The translations under genes and the position numbers were made by a program. Below the pieces are notes generated by a model. The model worked only from the letters and a program-made list of their open reading frames with translations. It made no database searches and had not been told where the DNA came from. Shown here one piece after another: positions 46,404 to 56,183 of a stretch of DNA of 64,000 nucleotides (within the stretch, counting starts at the first letter, position 1; the number at the start of each line of letters is the position of its first letter). The stretch is from Micropepsaceae bacterium. GTDB taxonomy: Bacteria; Pseudomonadota; Alphaproteobacteria; Micropepsales; Micropepsaceae. The stretch covers positions 15,976 through 79,975 of the forward strand of contig DALYLR010000003.1 in NCBI GenBank assembly GCA_031976175.1. The letters run 5' to 3'.

Positions 46404-47942
46404 ATGCCCGATCATATGTGGGATGCCATTATCATTGGCTCTGGCCTTGGCGGGCTGGCGGCGGCAGCAAAGCTCGCGACCGCCGGCCGCCGCGTCTTGG
46501 TCCTTGAGCGCAATGCTTATGCGGGCGGGGCGGCCTGCACCTATCGCCATGCGGGCCTGCAGATCGAGGCCTCTCTGCACGAGATCAATGGCGTCACACC
46601 GGGCGATCCCAAAATGCGAGCGCTGAGCGCGATGGGCGTTCTCGACCATGTGCGGTTTTCACCCGTGCCCGAATTCGCCGAGGTGCGCTCCACTATGGCG
46701 GGTGCCCCTTTGCGGCTGCCGCATGGCTTCACGCCCTATCGCGAGGCGTTGACAATGCGCTTTCCCCACAAGGCCGACGGTATTGATGCCTACATGGACA
46801 TGCTCGAAGGACTGCATAGCGCCTTGACGCAATTGTCGGGGACGCATGGGCCTTTGTGGTGGATGTGGCATGGGGCGGAGGCGCTGGGGGGACTTGGGCC
46901 CCTTCTCACCCATGCGCGGGACAGTGTTTCCGAAGCCTTTGAGCATTATTTCGGCGCCGAAGAAGGGCTCAAGGCGGTTGCAGGCGCGCATATGGAGTAT
47001 TTCCACGATGACCCAAGCGAACTCTGGTTTGCCCTGTTTGCGGCGGTGACGGCCAGCTACATCGCTGACGGCGGATATTATGTATACGGAGGATCAGGCG
47101 CCCTGGCGCGTGCTTTTGTGCATGTGATCGAGGATCATGGCGGCGCAGTTCTGACGGGCCATACGGTAACGCGCATCCTAGCCGGCGACGCAGGCGTCAG
47201 CGGGGTGGTGCATCTGGACGAAGATCATCTTCCCTGTACAGAGCACAGCAGGGTTGTGCTGGGCAATGCGGCGCCTGCCGCTATTGGGCCCATGCTGCCC
47301 GCGGAGATGCAGTTCGATTTTGCGGCCGCCTATCGCGACAAACCATTGTCCTCATCGCTTTTCACCATCACCTATGGCCTCAAGACCGCAGCGTCCTCGT
47401 TTGGCATTCGTGCTTACTCAACGGTGGTCTATCCGGACGGTATGCGGCGGTTTGACGAGGTGGCGGCGGGTGCACGCCTGCTAGCACAACCGCCCGGCCA
47501 GGCCTTGCCGAAATATATCCTGACTGATGCGAGCCAGATCGACAGCGGCCTCAAACACAGCAAAGGCCGGCATGTCCTCAACGTAACGGGCGCCGACCGG
47601 CTCGGCAATTGGGCGGGCCTCGACGAGCCCAGCTATTGCCTGCGCAAGGCGGCTTGGATTGGTGCGATTCTGGCCGATCTGGACCGGCGGTGGCCGGGCC
47701 TGGCGGCCTCCGTTGACTGGCATGAGATGGCGACCGCGCGCGCGATGGCGCATTTCCTGAACACGCCGGAAGGGGCAGTCTACGGCTTTGCGCCGCGCCC
47801 GCCCGCACCTTTTCCAGATCGGCCACGCATTACGACATCCGTACCCGGACTGTATCTGGCGAGTGCCTACACGGTCTCAGGCGGCTATACGGGCGCGATC
47901 ATTGGCGGGCTGATGGCCGCGGACAGAGTGCTGGAGGCATGA
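46404..47942 (+). CDS. phytoene-desaturase-family NAD(P)/FAD-dependent oxidoreductase
   Basis: ATG 46404 follows GGAGGG. Dinucleotide-binding motif DAIIIGSGLGGLAAAAKLATAGRRVLVLERNAYAGG. Confidence 0.85.
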   Translation: MPDHMWDAIIIGSGLGGLAAAAKLATAGRRVLVLERNAYAGGAACTYRHAGLQIEASLHEINGVTPGDPKMRALSAMGVLDHVRFSPVPEFAEVRSTMAGAPLRLPHGFTPYREALTMRFPHKADGIDAYMDMLEGLHSALTQLSGTHGPLWWMWHGAEALGGLGPLLTHARDSVSEAFEHYFGAEEGLKAVAGAHMEYFHDDPSELWFALFAAVTASYIADGGYYVYGGSGALARAFVHVIEDHGGAVLTGHTVTRILAGDAGVSGVVHLDEDHLPCTEHSRVVLGNAAPAAIGPMLPAEMQFDFAAAYRDKPLSSSLFTITYGLKTAASSFGIRAYSTVVYPDGMRRFDEVAAGARLLAQPPGQALPKYILTDASQIDSGLKHSKGRHVLNVTGADRLGNWAGLDEPSYCLRKAAWIGAILADLDRRWPGLAASVDWHEMATARAMAHFLNTPEGAVYGFAPRPPAPFPDRPRITTSVPGLYLASAYTVSGGYTGAIIGGLMAADRVLEA

Positions 47943-47970
47943 GGTTCAGGGTCTGGTGAGCGCCGCAAGA

Positions 47971-49707
47971 TCACCTGACGATCTCATACTCCAGCCGCAC
48001 AAAGTCAAAGGCCCGCTCATTGGCCTTGGCTGGGTTGGCCTCCCGCGCAGCCACAGAGAGGGTCACGAGGTCCTGATCGGAGTCCGCGCGGCTGCCCGCC
48101 TGCTCAACCTTGAAGCCGCGCGTGCGGGCCGAACGCACCCGCTCCTCCAGCTGGAGCTTGTCATAGATCGCCTTGTCCGGCGAGATGATCAGCATCAGCG
48201 CCGAGCGGCCAAAAGGTTCACCTGCGCGGAACTGAAACTGCTCATCCGCTCGCGGAAAGGCCAAGGTCTGCCCAGCCTTGATCTGCACCGGTTTGGTGTC
48301 GAGCGCATTAGGCAGCAGATAGGTCAATTTGCCCGATGCGTCGTAGTCCGCCAGGACCACATAGCCGCCAACCTTGCCCGCCGTGACACGCAACTCGCGC
48401 AATTCGTTCACCGGCACCTTGGTCTCGCCGCATTGGGCTTTGCCGCTGGCGTCCTTGGGTTTGCAGATAGCGAGCGTCGCCAATTGCCCTGGCGGGGCCG
48501 CGGACCGGCCGCCCTGCTCTGCGGAGCCGCCGCCCAGATCCGCCAGCAGCAAGTTCTGGATCTCCCCGATTGGCGCGATCTCCTTGCGGTCGTTCACGGC
48601 GAGCAGCGTGTCCTGCTTGATGTGTGTTTTGATCCAGTCTGCATAGGCAGAGATGCGTGTATAAACGCCTGGCGAGTTGGCATTCGCACAAGGCGAGGGC
48701 CCATAACTGACGATCCCCTGCAGGATTGGGCAGCGGTTCTTATCCAGGATGACCAAAGGCCCGCCGCTATCGCCGGAACAGGTGTCGTTGACCGCCTTCT
48801 TTGTGGGGTCCAGTTTCTTGGCAGGCTGGCCAGCACAGATCTGCTTGGGCCAGATCGTGAGCGTCTGAGGCCGCTCTTGGAATGCCCAATAGGTCTTTAC
48901 AGACGGCCCGCACGAGGCGAGGCGGTCAAGCTTGAGAATCGCCTCCTGAAGCTTGGGCGTGCCCGCATAGGCCGTCTTGCCGCTCATGTCCTTGAACCTC
49001 GCCGTCTTCGGGCGTTCCGTTTCCGGGTTTATCCGCGCCGCTGTGTTGCCGCCGCCTGTGACAGTAGCCGTTGGGTCGGCCAAGTCCGTCAGGCCCCAGC
49101 CTGCCGCGATCATATGCGTGCCCGCATCCGGCAGATTGTCGATGTCCACTGCCCCGCTGCCTGCGAACCGCATCAGGTAACCCTTGGCGGGCTCCTTGAG
49201 ACGGATGAGGGCAATGTCATTGTGAAAGCTGGCCGTGTTGCCGTCCTTGTCCTTGCCATAGTCCTCATGCGGAATGATGGAGTCCGCCTTGTCGAGCGGC
49301 ACGAGCGGCTTGGCGTTGACGCGCTCCAGATCGTCCGTCCTTTCCACAATCTCCAATGTTTGGCCAAACGAATCCGACGCGGTCGAGACCCATTTGCCAT
49401 TCTCGAACTTGGCCTTGAACGTCCGCCCCGCGCCAAAGCAATGGCGCGCGGTCACAACCCAATTCCGGGCGATCAACATGCCAGAGCAGAAATAGGTCAT
49501 GTCGTTCTCGCCCACCCACCGCAGCGCCACTAGGCCGGGCCAGTTGGCGGTAAAGGCGCCGGTGCCCCCCATGACGCGGGCACCCTTTTCAATGTATTCC
49601 CGTTCGGGGCACTCAGAAGGCTGGTTGGCCGTTTGTGCGGCGCTATCAAACGTGCTCAGTCCCAGTGCGATCACACTCAACAAGCCGAACCGGCCTAACC
49701 TACTCAT
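47971..49707 (-). CDS. secreted trypsin-like (S1) serine protease with a C-terminal DUF4384-like domain
   Basis: ATG 49707 follows GGGAGAA and a signal peptide is present. Triad context VVTARHCF, NDIALIRL, DTCSGDSGGPLV. C-terminus GGYVVLADYDASGKLTYLLPN...IKAGQTLAFP...GRSALMLIIS. Confidence 0.85.
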   Translation of the reverse strand: MSRLGRFGLLSVIALGLSTFDSAAQTANQPSECPEREYIEKGARVMGGTGAFTANWPGLVALRWVGENDMTYFCSGMLIARNWVVTARHCFGAGRTFKAKFENGKWVSTASDSFGQTLEIVERTDDLERVNAKPLVPLDKADSIIPHEDYGKDKDGNTASFHNDIALIRLKEPAKGYLMRFAGSGAVDIDNLPDAGTHMIAAGWGLTDLADPTATVTGGGNTAARINPETERPKTARFKDMSGKTAYAGTPKLQEAILKLDRLASCGPSVKTYWAFQERPQTLTIWPKQICAGQPAKKLDPTKKAVNDTCSGDSGGPLVILDKNRCPILQGIVSYGPSPCANANSPGVYTRISAYADWIKTHIKQDTLLAVNDRKEIAPIGEIQNLLLADLGGGSAEQGGRSAAPPGQLATLAICKPKDASGKAQCGETKVPVNELRELRVTAGKVGGYVVLADYDASGKLTYLLPNALDTKPVQIKAGQTLAFPRADEQFQFRAGEPFGRSALMLIISPDKAIYDKLQLEERVRSARTRGFKVEQAGSRADSDQDLVTLSVAAREANPAKANERAFDFVRLEYEIVR

Positions 49708-49748
49708 TTGCTTCTCCCGTGGCATCGTCCCGCCAGGCCTGATGGGGC

Positions 49749-51299
49749 TCATCGCGCGACCGTATAAGACTTCCTCTCAAAGACCCATTGGCCTTCGGCG
49801 CCAGGCGCCTTGCGCGCCCGTGCAACACTTTCAGCCAGGGCATAAAGCTCATCCTCCGCCGATTCAGGCGGCTCGGTGATATAGCCGCCCGAGGCGCGCG
49901 CGCGCGCATTCAAATTGAGCCAGGCGGGAAATGCGGGGTTCGGACCAATGATCGCGAAGACTTGACCCTTGCCTGACTGCGCGCCGCCTCTCGGTGCCGG
50001 CGCCGTCCAGGTCTCTCCAGCCTTGAGTTCGACCGGGCCCAATTGCTGAGCGCGCGGCGCCAAGTAGGTCAGGCGTCCAGCGGCATCGACCTCGCCGACG
50101 ATGATATAGCCGCCGATGTTGCGGGCCGTGACCGACACCTTGCGCGATTGGCCCGCGCCCACTTCCAAGGCAACATCAAGGCCGGGCGCGCCAAAGCTGC
50201 GCGCGCCAATGCCGCGCGTGCCAATGGCGGATGCGACTTGCTCCATTGCCGCGACGGGCCGGGCGCTCGAGCCTTGCGCGACCCCCGCAATTTGGGTCTG
50301 CGGGCCGATCGCCAGCCTGATCCAGTCCTTGAAGGCGGACATGCGAGTATAGACCGCCGGCGCGTCATTGGCCGCGCATTCATTCAGGCCAAACGACACC
50401 AACCCCACCAAGACGGGCTTCTGCTCCGCATCCAGCCGGACCAGCGGCCCACCGCTATCGCCACTACAGCTGTCCTTGGGACGCGCGGGGTCTTGCTTTA
50501 AGATACCTGCGCAAATCTGACGCCGCTCGGAGATGTCAAAGCGCGGAAACACGTCCGTACACTGCGAAAAGGCGCGCCGGACAGGCAGCGCAAGTTCCTG
50601 CAGGATGCTCGACCCCGCCAGCGCCTTGACCCGCTCATCAATCGAGAAGATGTCGCGCGGGCCATTATTGTCGATGGTCCCGAAGCCCGCCACCCAGACC
50701 TTGAAGTCATTGCGCTCAGGGTCGGCGCTAAGGTCTGTGGATACGCGCATCACAGGACCGGTCGCCGGGCTTTTGAGTTTAACGAGGGCGATATCGTTGC
50801 CCAATTTCTTTGGGCTGTAGCCGCTATGGTAGATGATACGCTCCGGCAGCAGGGGCGTGCGCGCATCCTTAAGATTGCCGATATTGTCGAAGAGCTCCAG
50901 CCTGGAGCCAGGCACATAATCGGCATCGTTCGACGCAACCCAGGTGCCCGCGACCTTGACGAAGTCGGCTTTGGAATCCTTGCCGAAGACACAGTGCGCC
51001 GCCGTCACCACCCAGCTGGGGTGGATGAGTGTGCCGCCACAAAAGAATACAGGGACCGTGCCGTGACGCGGGCCCAAATCAATCGGGGCTCGCATCACTA
51101 CCATGCCAGGCCAATTGCGGATGTCGGCCGCCGTGCCGCCGAGCACGCGGGCGCCAACCCCGCGGTCCAATTCGTCGTCCTCGTCCTCGACAGCAGGTTG
51201 AGCGTGGGCAGTGTGGAGAGGTGCGAAAACGAGATAGGCGGCCAGCGCCGCCAGAATAGAGGCGAAGAACAGCCGGATCGCGCCGCGCAGCCGCACCAT
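49749..51299 (-). CDS. secreted trypsin-like (S1) serine protease with a C-terminal DUF4384-like domain (tandem paralog)
   Basis: Signal peptide. VVTAAHCV, NDIALVKL, DSCSGDSGGPLV. C-terminus GGYIIVGEVDAAGRLTYLAP...LKAGETWTAP...GQVFAIIG. Confidence 0.85.
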   Translation of the reverse strand: MVRLRGAIRLFFASILAALAAYLVFAPLHTAHAQPAVEDEDDELDRGVGARVLGGTAADIRNWPGMVVMRAPIDLGPRHGTVPVFFCGGTLIHPSWVVTAAHCVFGKDSKADFVKVAGTWVASNDADYVPGSRLELFDNIGNLKDARTPLLPERIIYHSGYSPKKLGNDIALVKLKSPATGPVMRVSTDLSADPERNDFKVWVAGFGTIDNNGPRDIFSIDERVKALAGSSILQELALPVRRAFSQCTDVFPRFDISERRQICAGILKQDPARPKDSCSGDSGGPLVRLDAEQKPVLVGLVSFGLNECAANDAPAVYTRMSAFKDWIRLAIGPQTQIAGVAQGSSARPVAAMEQVASAIGTRGIGARSFGAPGLDVALEVGAGQSRKVSVTARNIGGYIIVGEVDAAGRLTYLAPRAQQLGPVELKAGETWTAPAPRGGAQSGKGQVFAIIGPNPAFPAWLNLNARARASGGYITEPPESAEDELYALAESVARARKAPGAEGQWVFERKSYTVAR

Positions 51300-51416
51300 C
51301 GTTTGCCCTCCCCCCTTGGCATTCCGAAAGCCACATCCCGAAATTGTTTTATCTCTTTCCGGTCCAGCCGTCGAGGGGTTGCGCTAAGGCGGTCAAATGC
51401 TGCCAAAGTGATCCCC

Positions 51417-51950
51417 ATGCGTATCTTGGCCATCGACTTTGAAACCGCCAATCCCAACCCCTCTTCAGCTTGCGCCATCGGCGCGGTCTTAGCGGATCGC
51501 GAGCATGTTCTGTACGAGTATACTTCGCTGATAAGGCCGCCTACGCAGTGGTTTGCCTTCACGCCGATCCACGGCTTGCGCTGGCCGGACTGTGAGGCGG
51601 CGCCCGCATTTCCTGCTGTTTGGGACGAGGTGCTACTCGTTGCGCAAGAGGCTGACGTCCTCGTGGCACACAATGCCAGCTTTGACTTTGGCGTCATCCG
51701 CGCATGTTGCCGCCATTACCGCCTGCCGCCGCCAGCGCATCCTTTTGCGTGCAGCGTCAGACTAGCGCGACAGGCGTGGGGATTGCCTGCCAATGGGTTG
51801 GCGGCGCTCAGCGAACGCTTTGGGATCGCGCTCAATCACCATGAGGCATTGTCTGACGCTCGTGCTTGCGCCCTGATCGTTCAACGGCTGATGAATGAGG
51901 GCTATGACCCGCGCGACGCGCTGATCTCGCGGGGCCATGTCACCACTTGA
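51417..51950 (+). CDS. DnaQ-like 3'-5' exonuclease
   Basis: Exo I AIDFETA, Exo II LVAHNASFDF, Exo III HHEALSDARA. Confidence 0.85.
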   Translation: MRILAIDFETANPNPSSACAIGAVLADREHVLYEYTSLIRPPTQWFAFTPIHGLRWPDCEAAPAFPAVWDEVLLVAQEADVLVAHNASFDFGVIRACCRHYRLPPPAHPFACSVRLARQAWGLPANGLAALSERFGIALNHHEALSDARACALIVQRLMNEGYDPRDALISRGHVTT

Positions 51951-53733
51951 TGCGGCCATCCTGGATTTGGTCGTAAATCTCGGGCGTCAGCCTTTGGTAT
52001 TGTTTGTCGATCGGGTCGAAGAAATAGAGCGGATCCTTGATCGTCGAAGGATTGAAGCCCTCTTTGACCAACTGGACTTTCGTGTGCTTGAAGGTCCCTG
52101 TTGCCTCGATGTACTCCTGCATGCGCAGGAAGACAGGCCGCGCGTAAACGGGAAGATTGCGTTCCATGTGCTTTTGGAAGGCCTGAAGATCGAGTGCGTG
52201 CGCCGTTGACAGGGCCGCCATGCCGGCCCGGCCGTCGGTTCCCGGAATACTAACGCCATAGACATTGGCTTCCTTCACGCCAGCGAAGGTTGAGAGTGCT
52301 TCAGCCACTTCATTGGTCGAGACATTCTCCCCCTTCCAGCGGAAGGTGTCGCCGATCCTGTCGATGAAATAGAAGTAGCCTTGCGCGTCCTGCTTCATGA
52401 GGTCGCCGGTGCGAAACCACAAGTCGCCCTGCTTCTGCGCGTTGCGGAGCAGTTTCTTCTCCGTGTCCGAGCCCTTGGAGTAGCCCTCAAAGCGGGTGCG
52501 CAGATCATCTGAGCGAACCTCGCCGACGGCCTCGCCAATCTCGCCCGGTGCGCATTCGATGCAAAAGCCATCAGGGCCGCGGACGGGTTGTTCCGTCTCC
52601 ACATCAAAGCGGAATAGCCGCACATGGGTGCGTGACTTGGCCCAACCAGGAATGCGGCCGACCGCCCCGGTCTTGCCGTCGAAATTCACCAGCGAGACGT
52701 TGCCCTCGGTCGCGCCATAGAATTCAACGATCTTGGGGATCTTGAAGCGGGTCTGGAAGGGCTTCCAGATTTCCGGCCGCAAGCCATTGCCGGTGATGAG
52801 GCGCAGCTTGTGCTTGCGCTCCATAGCGTGCGGCGGGGTGTTGAGAAGATACCGGCACAGCTCGCCAATATATTGGAACAAGGTCGCTTCATATTTGACG
52901 CAATCGTCCCAGAACTCCCGCGCCGAGAAGCGGCGGCGGATGATGATCCCTGCACCACCCAGAAGCGCCGCGCCGACCGCAGCCACCCCACCGGCCGAGT
53001 GATACATCGGCAGCACCACATACATGCGGTCTTTCTCGGTTGCTTTGGTGATAATGCCGAAAATACCCATCATGACGAAGGCGCGCAGATGGCTGATGTT
53101 GGCGGCCTTGGGCAAGCCCGTCGTTCCGGACGTATAGATATAGAAGCACTTGTCGTCGGCGATCACGTCCTTGCGCATGGCCTTGGAGTACTGCGCTGGA
53201 TTTTGCGCCTTCAGCGCCTGATCGAGGTCTTCCGTGCCGGGGACCGGCGCGCCCGTCACCCAGACCTTGAGCGGTTTCTCCAAGAGGTCGGTCGCGGTGG
53301 CGTAGTTGCCCGCAAGTTCGGAGCCGAGGATCACATGTTTGGCCTGTGAGATGTTCAGCGAGTGCGCCAAGGCCCGGTCACGCTGGTTTGTGTTGATCAG
53401 GGCGGAGATGGCGCCGATCTTGGCCAAGCCGCACCAGGCGAACAGGAACTCCGGGCGGTTTTCCATAAGCAAGGCGACCGCGTCGCCCTTTTGGACCCCA
53501 ATGCTGCGCGCCCAGAGCGCATAGCGGTTCGCCTCCTCATTATATTGCTTGTAGGTGTAGACCCGCCCCTCGAAAAAGATCGCCTTGTTGTTGGGCCGTT
53601 TGGCTGCCCAGCCCTCGATAATGTCGGCGACGTTGATGTTTGCATCAGGCTTCAGCTTCTCGGTCAGCTGAGCAATCGCGCGTGCTTTGAGAAAAAAATC
53701 CACTTCGCGCCCAATCGCGCCAAATATGCTCAC
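51940..53733 (-). CDS. long-chain acyl-CoA synthetase / fatty-acid transport protein (FATP)-type
   Basis: AMP-binding YIYTSGTTGLPKAANISH. FATP-like GDLMKQDAQGYFYFIDRIGDTFRWKGENVSTNEV. Confidence 0.92.
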   Translation of the reverse strand: MSIFGAIGREVDFFLKARAIAQLTEKLKPDANINVADIIEGWAAKRPNNKAIFFEGRVYTYKQYNEEANRYALWARSIGVQKGDAVALLMENRPEFLFAWCGLAKIGAISALINTNQRDRALAHSLNISQAKHVILGSELAGNYATATDLLEKPLKVWVTGAPVPGTEDLDQALKAQNPAQYSKAMRKDVIADDKCFYIYTSGTTGLPKAANISHLRAFVMMGIFGIITKATEKDRMYVVLPMYHSAGGVAAVGAALLGGAGIIIRRRFSAREFWDDCVKYEATLFQYIGELCRYLLNTPPHAMERKHKLRLITGNGLRPEIWKPFQTRFKIPKIVEFYGATEGNVSLVNFDGKTGAVGRIPGWAKSRTHVRLFRFDVETEQPVRGPDGFCIECAPGEIGEAVGEVRSDDLRTRFEGYSKGSDTEKKLLRNAQKQGDLWFRTGDLMKQDAQGYFYFIDRIGDTFRWKGENVSTNEVAEALSTFAGVKEANVYGVSIPGTDGRAGMAALSTAHALDLQAFQKHMERNLPVYARPVFLRMQEYIEATGTFKHTKVQLVKEGFNPSTIKDPLYFFDPIDKQYQRLTPEIYDQIQDGRIKW

Positions 53734-53818
53734 TGGTCCCGCTCCCTGATGCTCTCTTTTTACGCTTTAACAAAAGCGTAGTTGAGCAAGGCTCAGGGTC
53801 AAGCCATTAGGGTGAGGA

Positions 53819-54088
53819 ATGGTGCAAGATTCTTCGGATCAGGCAGAAATATTGGACTTGCGCGGCTTGAAATGCCCGATGCCCGCCCTGCTGCTGCGGC
53901 GGCGGCTAACCCGCGCGCAGTCAGGCGAAGAGTTCCGTGTGTTGGCGAATGACGGTATGGCTCATATCGACCTGCCCCACGCAGCCATGCAGGCGGGGGC
54001 CGAGATTGTGTGGCAGGGCGGTGAGGATGGGGGAATAGCGCTGCACCTGCGCGCCGGGGGCGGACTTCCGCTTGGAAACGAAAAATGA
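53819..54088 (+). CDS. TusA/SirA-like sulfurtransferase
   Basis: LDLRGLKCPMPALLLRRRL contains the CPxP active-site motif. Confidence 0.8.
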   Translation: MVQDSSDQAEILDLRGLKCPMPALLLRRRLTRAQSGEEFRVLANDGMAHIDLPHAAMQAGAEIVWQGGEDGGIALHLRAGGGLPLGNEK

Positions 54089-54170
54089 GCGGAGGACGCC
54101 ATGTCCAAGCCGCTCATCCTCTGGTTCGGTACCCGTTTGGTATCTGGACGTCTTTTTGGTCTACCACCCC

Positions 54171-54200
54171 TGAGGGGCAGGCTTGCTTCCCCCTCATTTC
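54171..54200 (+). terminator. stem-loop downstream of the tusA-like gene
   Basis: TGAGGGG (54171-54177) pairs with CCCCTCA (54190-54196), followed by TTTC. The U-tract is weak. Confidence 0.35.
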
Positions 54201-54539
54201 GCGTAGTTGCTTACGACGCGATCACGAGGGTCAAAAGGGACAAGGTCACCAAAGCGATGGCCGAGATTTCCATAAAGTAAAACGTAGTGCGCATCTGAAT
54301 TCTCCGTATCTTGCTATCTGTGTTGTAATGTTCGTTTGTCTTTCGACACGCTTAACCTAAGCGCGCGGATGGCATTTACCAAGCTTGCTTTCTGCAGAGC
54401 TGGGATGCACCACATGCCAGCGCATGGCTGGCATGCATCACTTGTTTCTCAACATTACGTGCCTGCGTAACCCTTCCTTCACATTGGTGTAACGCCGCTC
54501 ACGAATTTGCGATGCAAAACGCCGTTGAATATGCTAATA

Positions 54540-54553
54540 ACTGACTGGTCAGT
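54540..54553. promoter_or_regulatory. candidate TetR operator
   Basis: Inverted repeat ACTGAC-TG-GTCAGT, 18 bp upstream of the TetR start codon and inside an AT-rich stretch. Confidence 0.45.
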
Positions 54554-54570
54554 AATTAGTGAGGCTGTGA

Positions 54571-55218
54571 ATGACCCTGACAGCTGAGGCGCCCGTCCGG
54601 TGGCGGCGGCGCAAGGAGGCGAGACCCCAAGAGCTCCTGGATGCGGCGCTCGAGGTCTTTGTGGAGAAAGGCTTTGCGGATGCGCGGCTCGACGACATCG
54701 CTAAACGCGCGGGCGTGAGCAAAGGCACGATCTATCTCTATTTCGAAAGCAAGCAGGACGTCTTTGAGGCCATGGTCCGCCGCCTGGCGGAGGCGCGCTT
54801 TGAAGTGGCGTCAGCCCTGATCCACGCGCATCAAGGAAGCGCTCAGCAGCTTCTGACCGACCTTATCCGGTTGGCGGGGCAGTTCGTACGTGAGCCGCCC
54901 TACTCTCACTTTCCGCGGCTGATCATCGCCGAGAGCAGACGTTTTCCAGAGCTCGCTGCCTTTTGCCTGCGGGAACTCATCCATAAGGGCATGACCCTGT
55001 TCGGCCTAGTGATCGCCAAGGGTCAGGAGACAGGTGAGTTCCGCGCCCTGCCGTCCTTACATATGGTGCGTCTGGCCATGGCGCCCATCGTGTTCATGGC
55101 CATCTTCCGGTCGGCCTTTGAGCCCCATGACGATCAGCCATTCGATGTCGATGGCCATATCGCTACGCATCTCGACATCTTTATCCGTGGTCTGCGCGCT
55201 GAAGGGGGACCCGCATGA
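54571..55218 (+). CDS. TetR/AcrR family transcriptional regulator
   Basis: HTH region FADARLDDIAKRAGVSKGTIYLYFESKQDVF. 4-bp overlap with the HlyD gene. Confidence 0.9.
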   Translation: MTLTAEAPVRWRRRKEARPQELLDAALEVFVEKGFADARLDDIAKRAGVSKGTIYLYFESKQDVFEAMVRRLAEARFEVASALIHAHQGSAQQLLTDLIRLAGQFVREPPYSHFPRLIIAESRRFPELAAFCLRELIHKGMTLFGLVIAKGQETGEFRALPSLHMVRLAMAPIVFMAIFRSAFEPHDDQPFDVDGHIATHLDIFIRGLRAEGGPA

Positions 55219-56183
55219 GTTGGGGACGGTTGCTGACGCTATGCCTTGGGCTTGCATTGGTTGGCTGCGCCGAGCCGCCAAAGCGCACTTATGCAGGGTA
55301 TGCAGAGGCGGAAACGATCATCGTGGCCGCACCCCAGGGCGGGTGGATCGAAAGGCTCTCGGTTTCAAAGGGTCAAGTGGTGAAGACGGGCGATGCCCTG
55401 TTCACCTTGGATGGCGAGGCACAGCGCGCAGAGCGCGAAAGGGCGGCTGCCGCACTGTCCCAGGCAGAGGCGCAAGCCGCCGATCTGCGTAAAGGGCGCA
55501 GACGGGACGAGATTGCCGTTTTTGAGGCCTCGGTCCGCGAGGCGGTGGCACAGCAGACCTTGGCGGATGCCGAACTGCAGAGGGCGCGCTCCCTCTTAGC
55601 GCGCGGGTTTTCCACCACCAAGGCGGTGCAGACCGCACAGTCAGCCGCAGACGCCGCGCGGGCGCGTGTTGCCAATGCGCGTTCGCAACTGAGCACGGCC
55701 AAGCTGGGCGGACGGGAGGACTTGCTGGCTGCGGCCGATGCGCAAGTCAAAGCGGCGCGTGCGCAAGTCGCCATGGCCGACTACGCGGTGGCTCAACGCG
55801 AAATCCGAGCGCGCAACGGCGGGCGCATCGACGATGTCTTACGTGAGACCGGTGAGTATGTCCCGGCGCAAGGCGCAGTCCTGCAGCTGCTGCCCGAGAA
55901 CAGCATGAAGGTGCGGTTCTTTGTGCCGCAAGCGGCGCGGGCACAAATCTCCATCGGGCAAATAGTCTCCATTCTGTGCGATGGGTGCCAGCAGCGTATC
56001 AGCGCCAAAGTGACCTTCATTGCGGCAACGGCGGAGTTTACGCCGCCGATCATCTACTCGGAGAGTGCGCGGGAGAAGCTGGTTTGGCGCATTGAAGCGC
56101 AACCCCTGCCTGGCCAGAAGACGCTAACCGCTGGGCAGCCGGTTGATGTGGACATTCAGCCTCAGGCGCCGCCTCAGTCATGA
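55215..56183 (+). CDS. HlyD-family membrane fusion protein (YbhG-like)
   Basis: Lipoyl-like IVAAPQGGWIERLSVSKGQVVKTGDALFTLD, a long coiled-coil, and a beta-barrel C-terminus. Confidence 0.9.
   Translation: MSWGRLLTLCLGLALVGCAEPPKRTYAGYAEAETIIVAAPQGGWIERLSVSKGQVVKTGDALFTLDGEAQRAERERAAAALSQAEAQAADLRKGRRRDEIAVFEASVREAVAQQTLADAELQRARSLLARGFSTTKAVQTAQSAADAARARVANARSQLSTAKLGGREDLLAAADAQVKAARAQVAMADYAVAQREIRARNGGRIDDVLRETGEYVPAQGAVLQLLPENSMKVRFFVPQAARAQISIGQIVSILCDGCQQRISAKVTFIAATAEFTPPIIYSESAREKLVWRIEAQPLPGQKTLTAGQPVDVDIQPQAPPQS

Noticed and set aside
54085-54360. 91-aa ORF following the tusA-like gene.
   Set aside because: Third-position GC is low relative to neighbouring genes. It runs through a stem-loop and an AT-rich promoter-like region, and has no RBS or recognisable motif.
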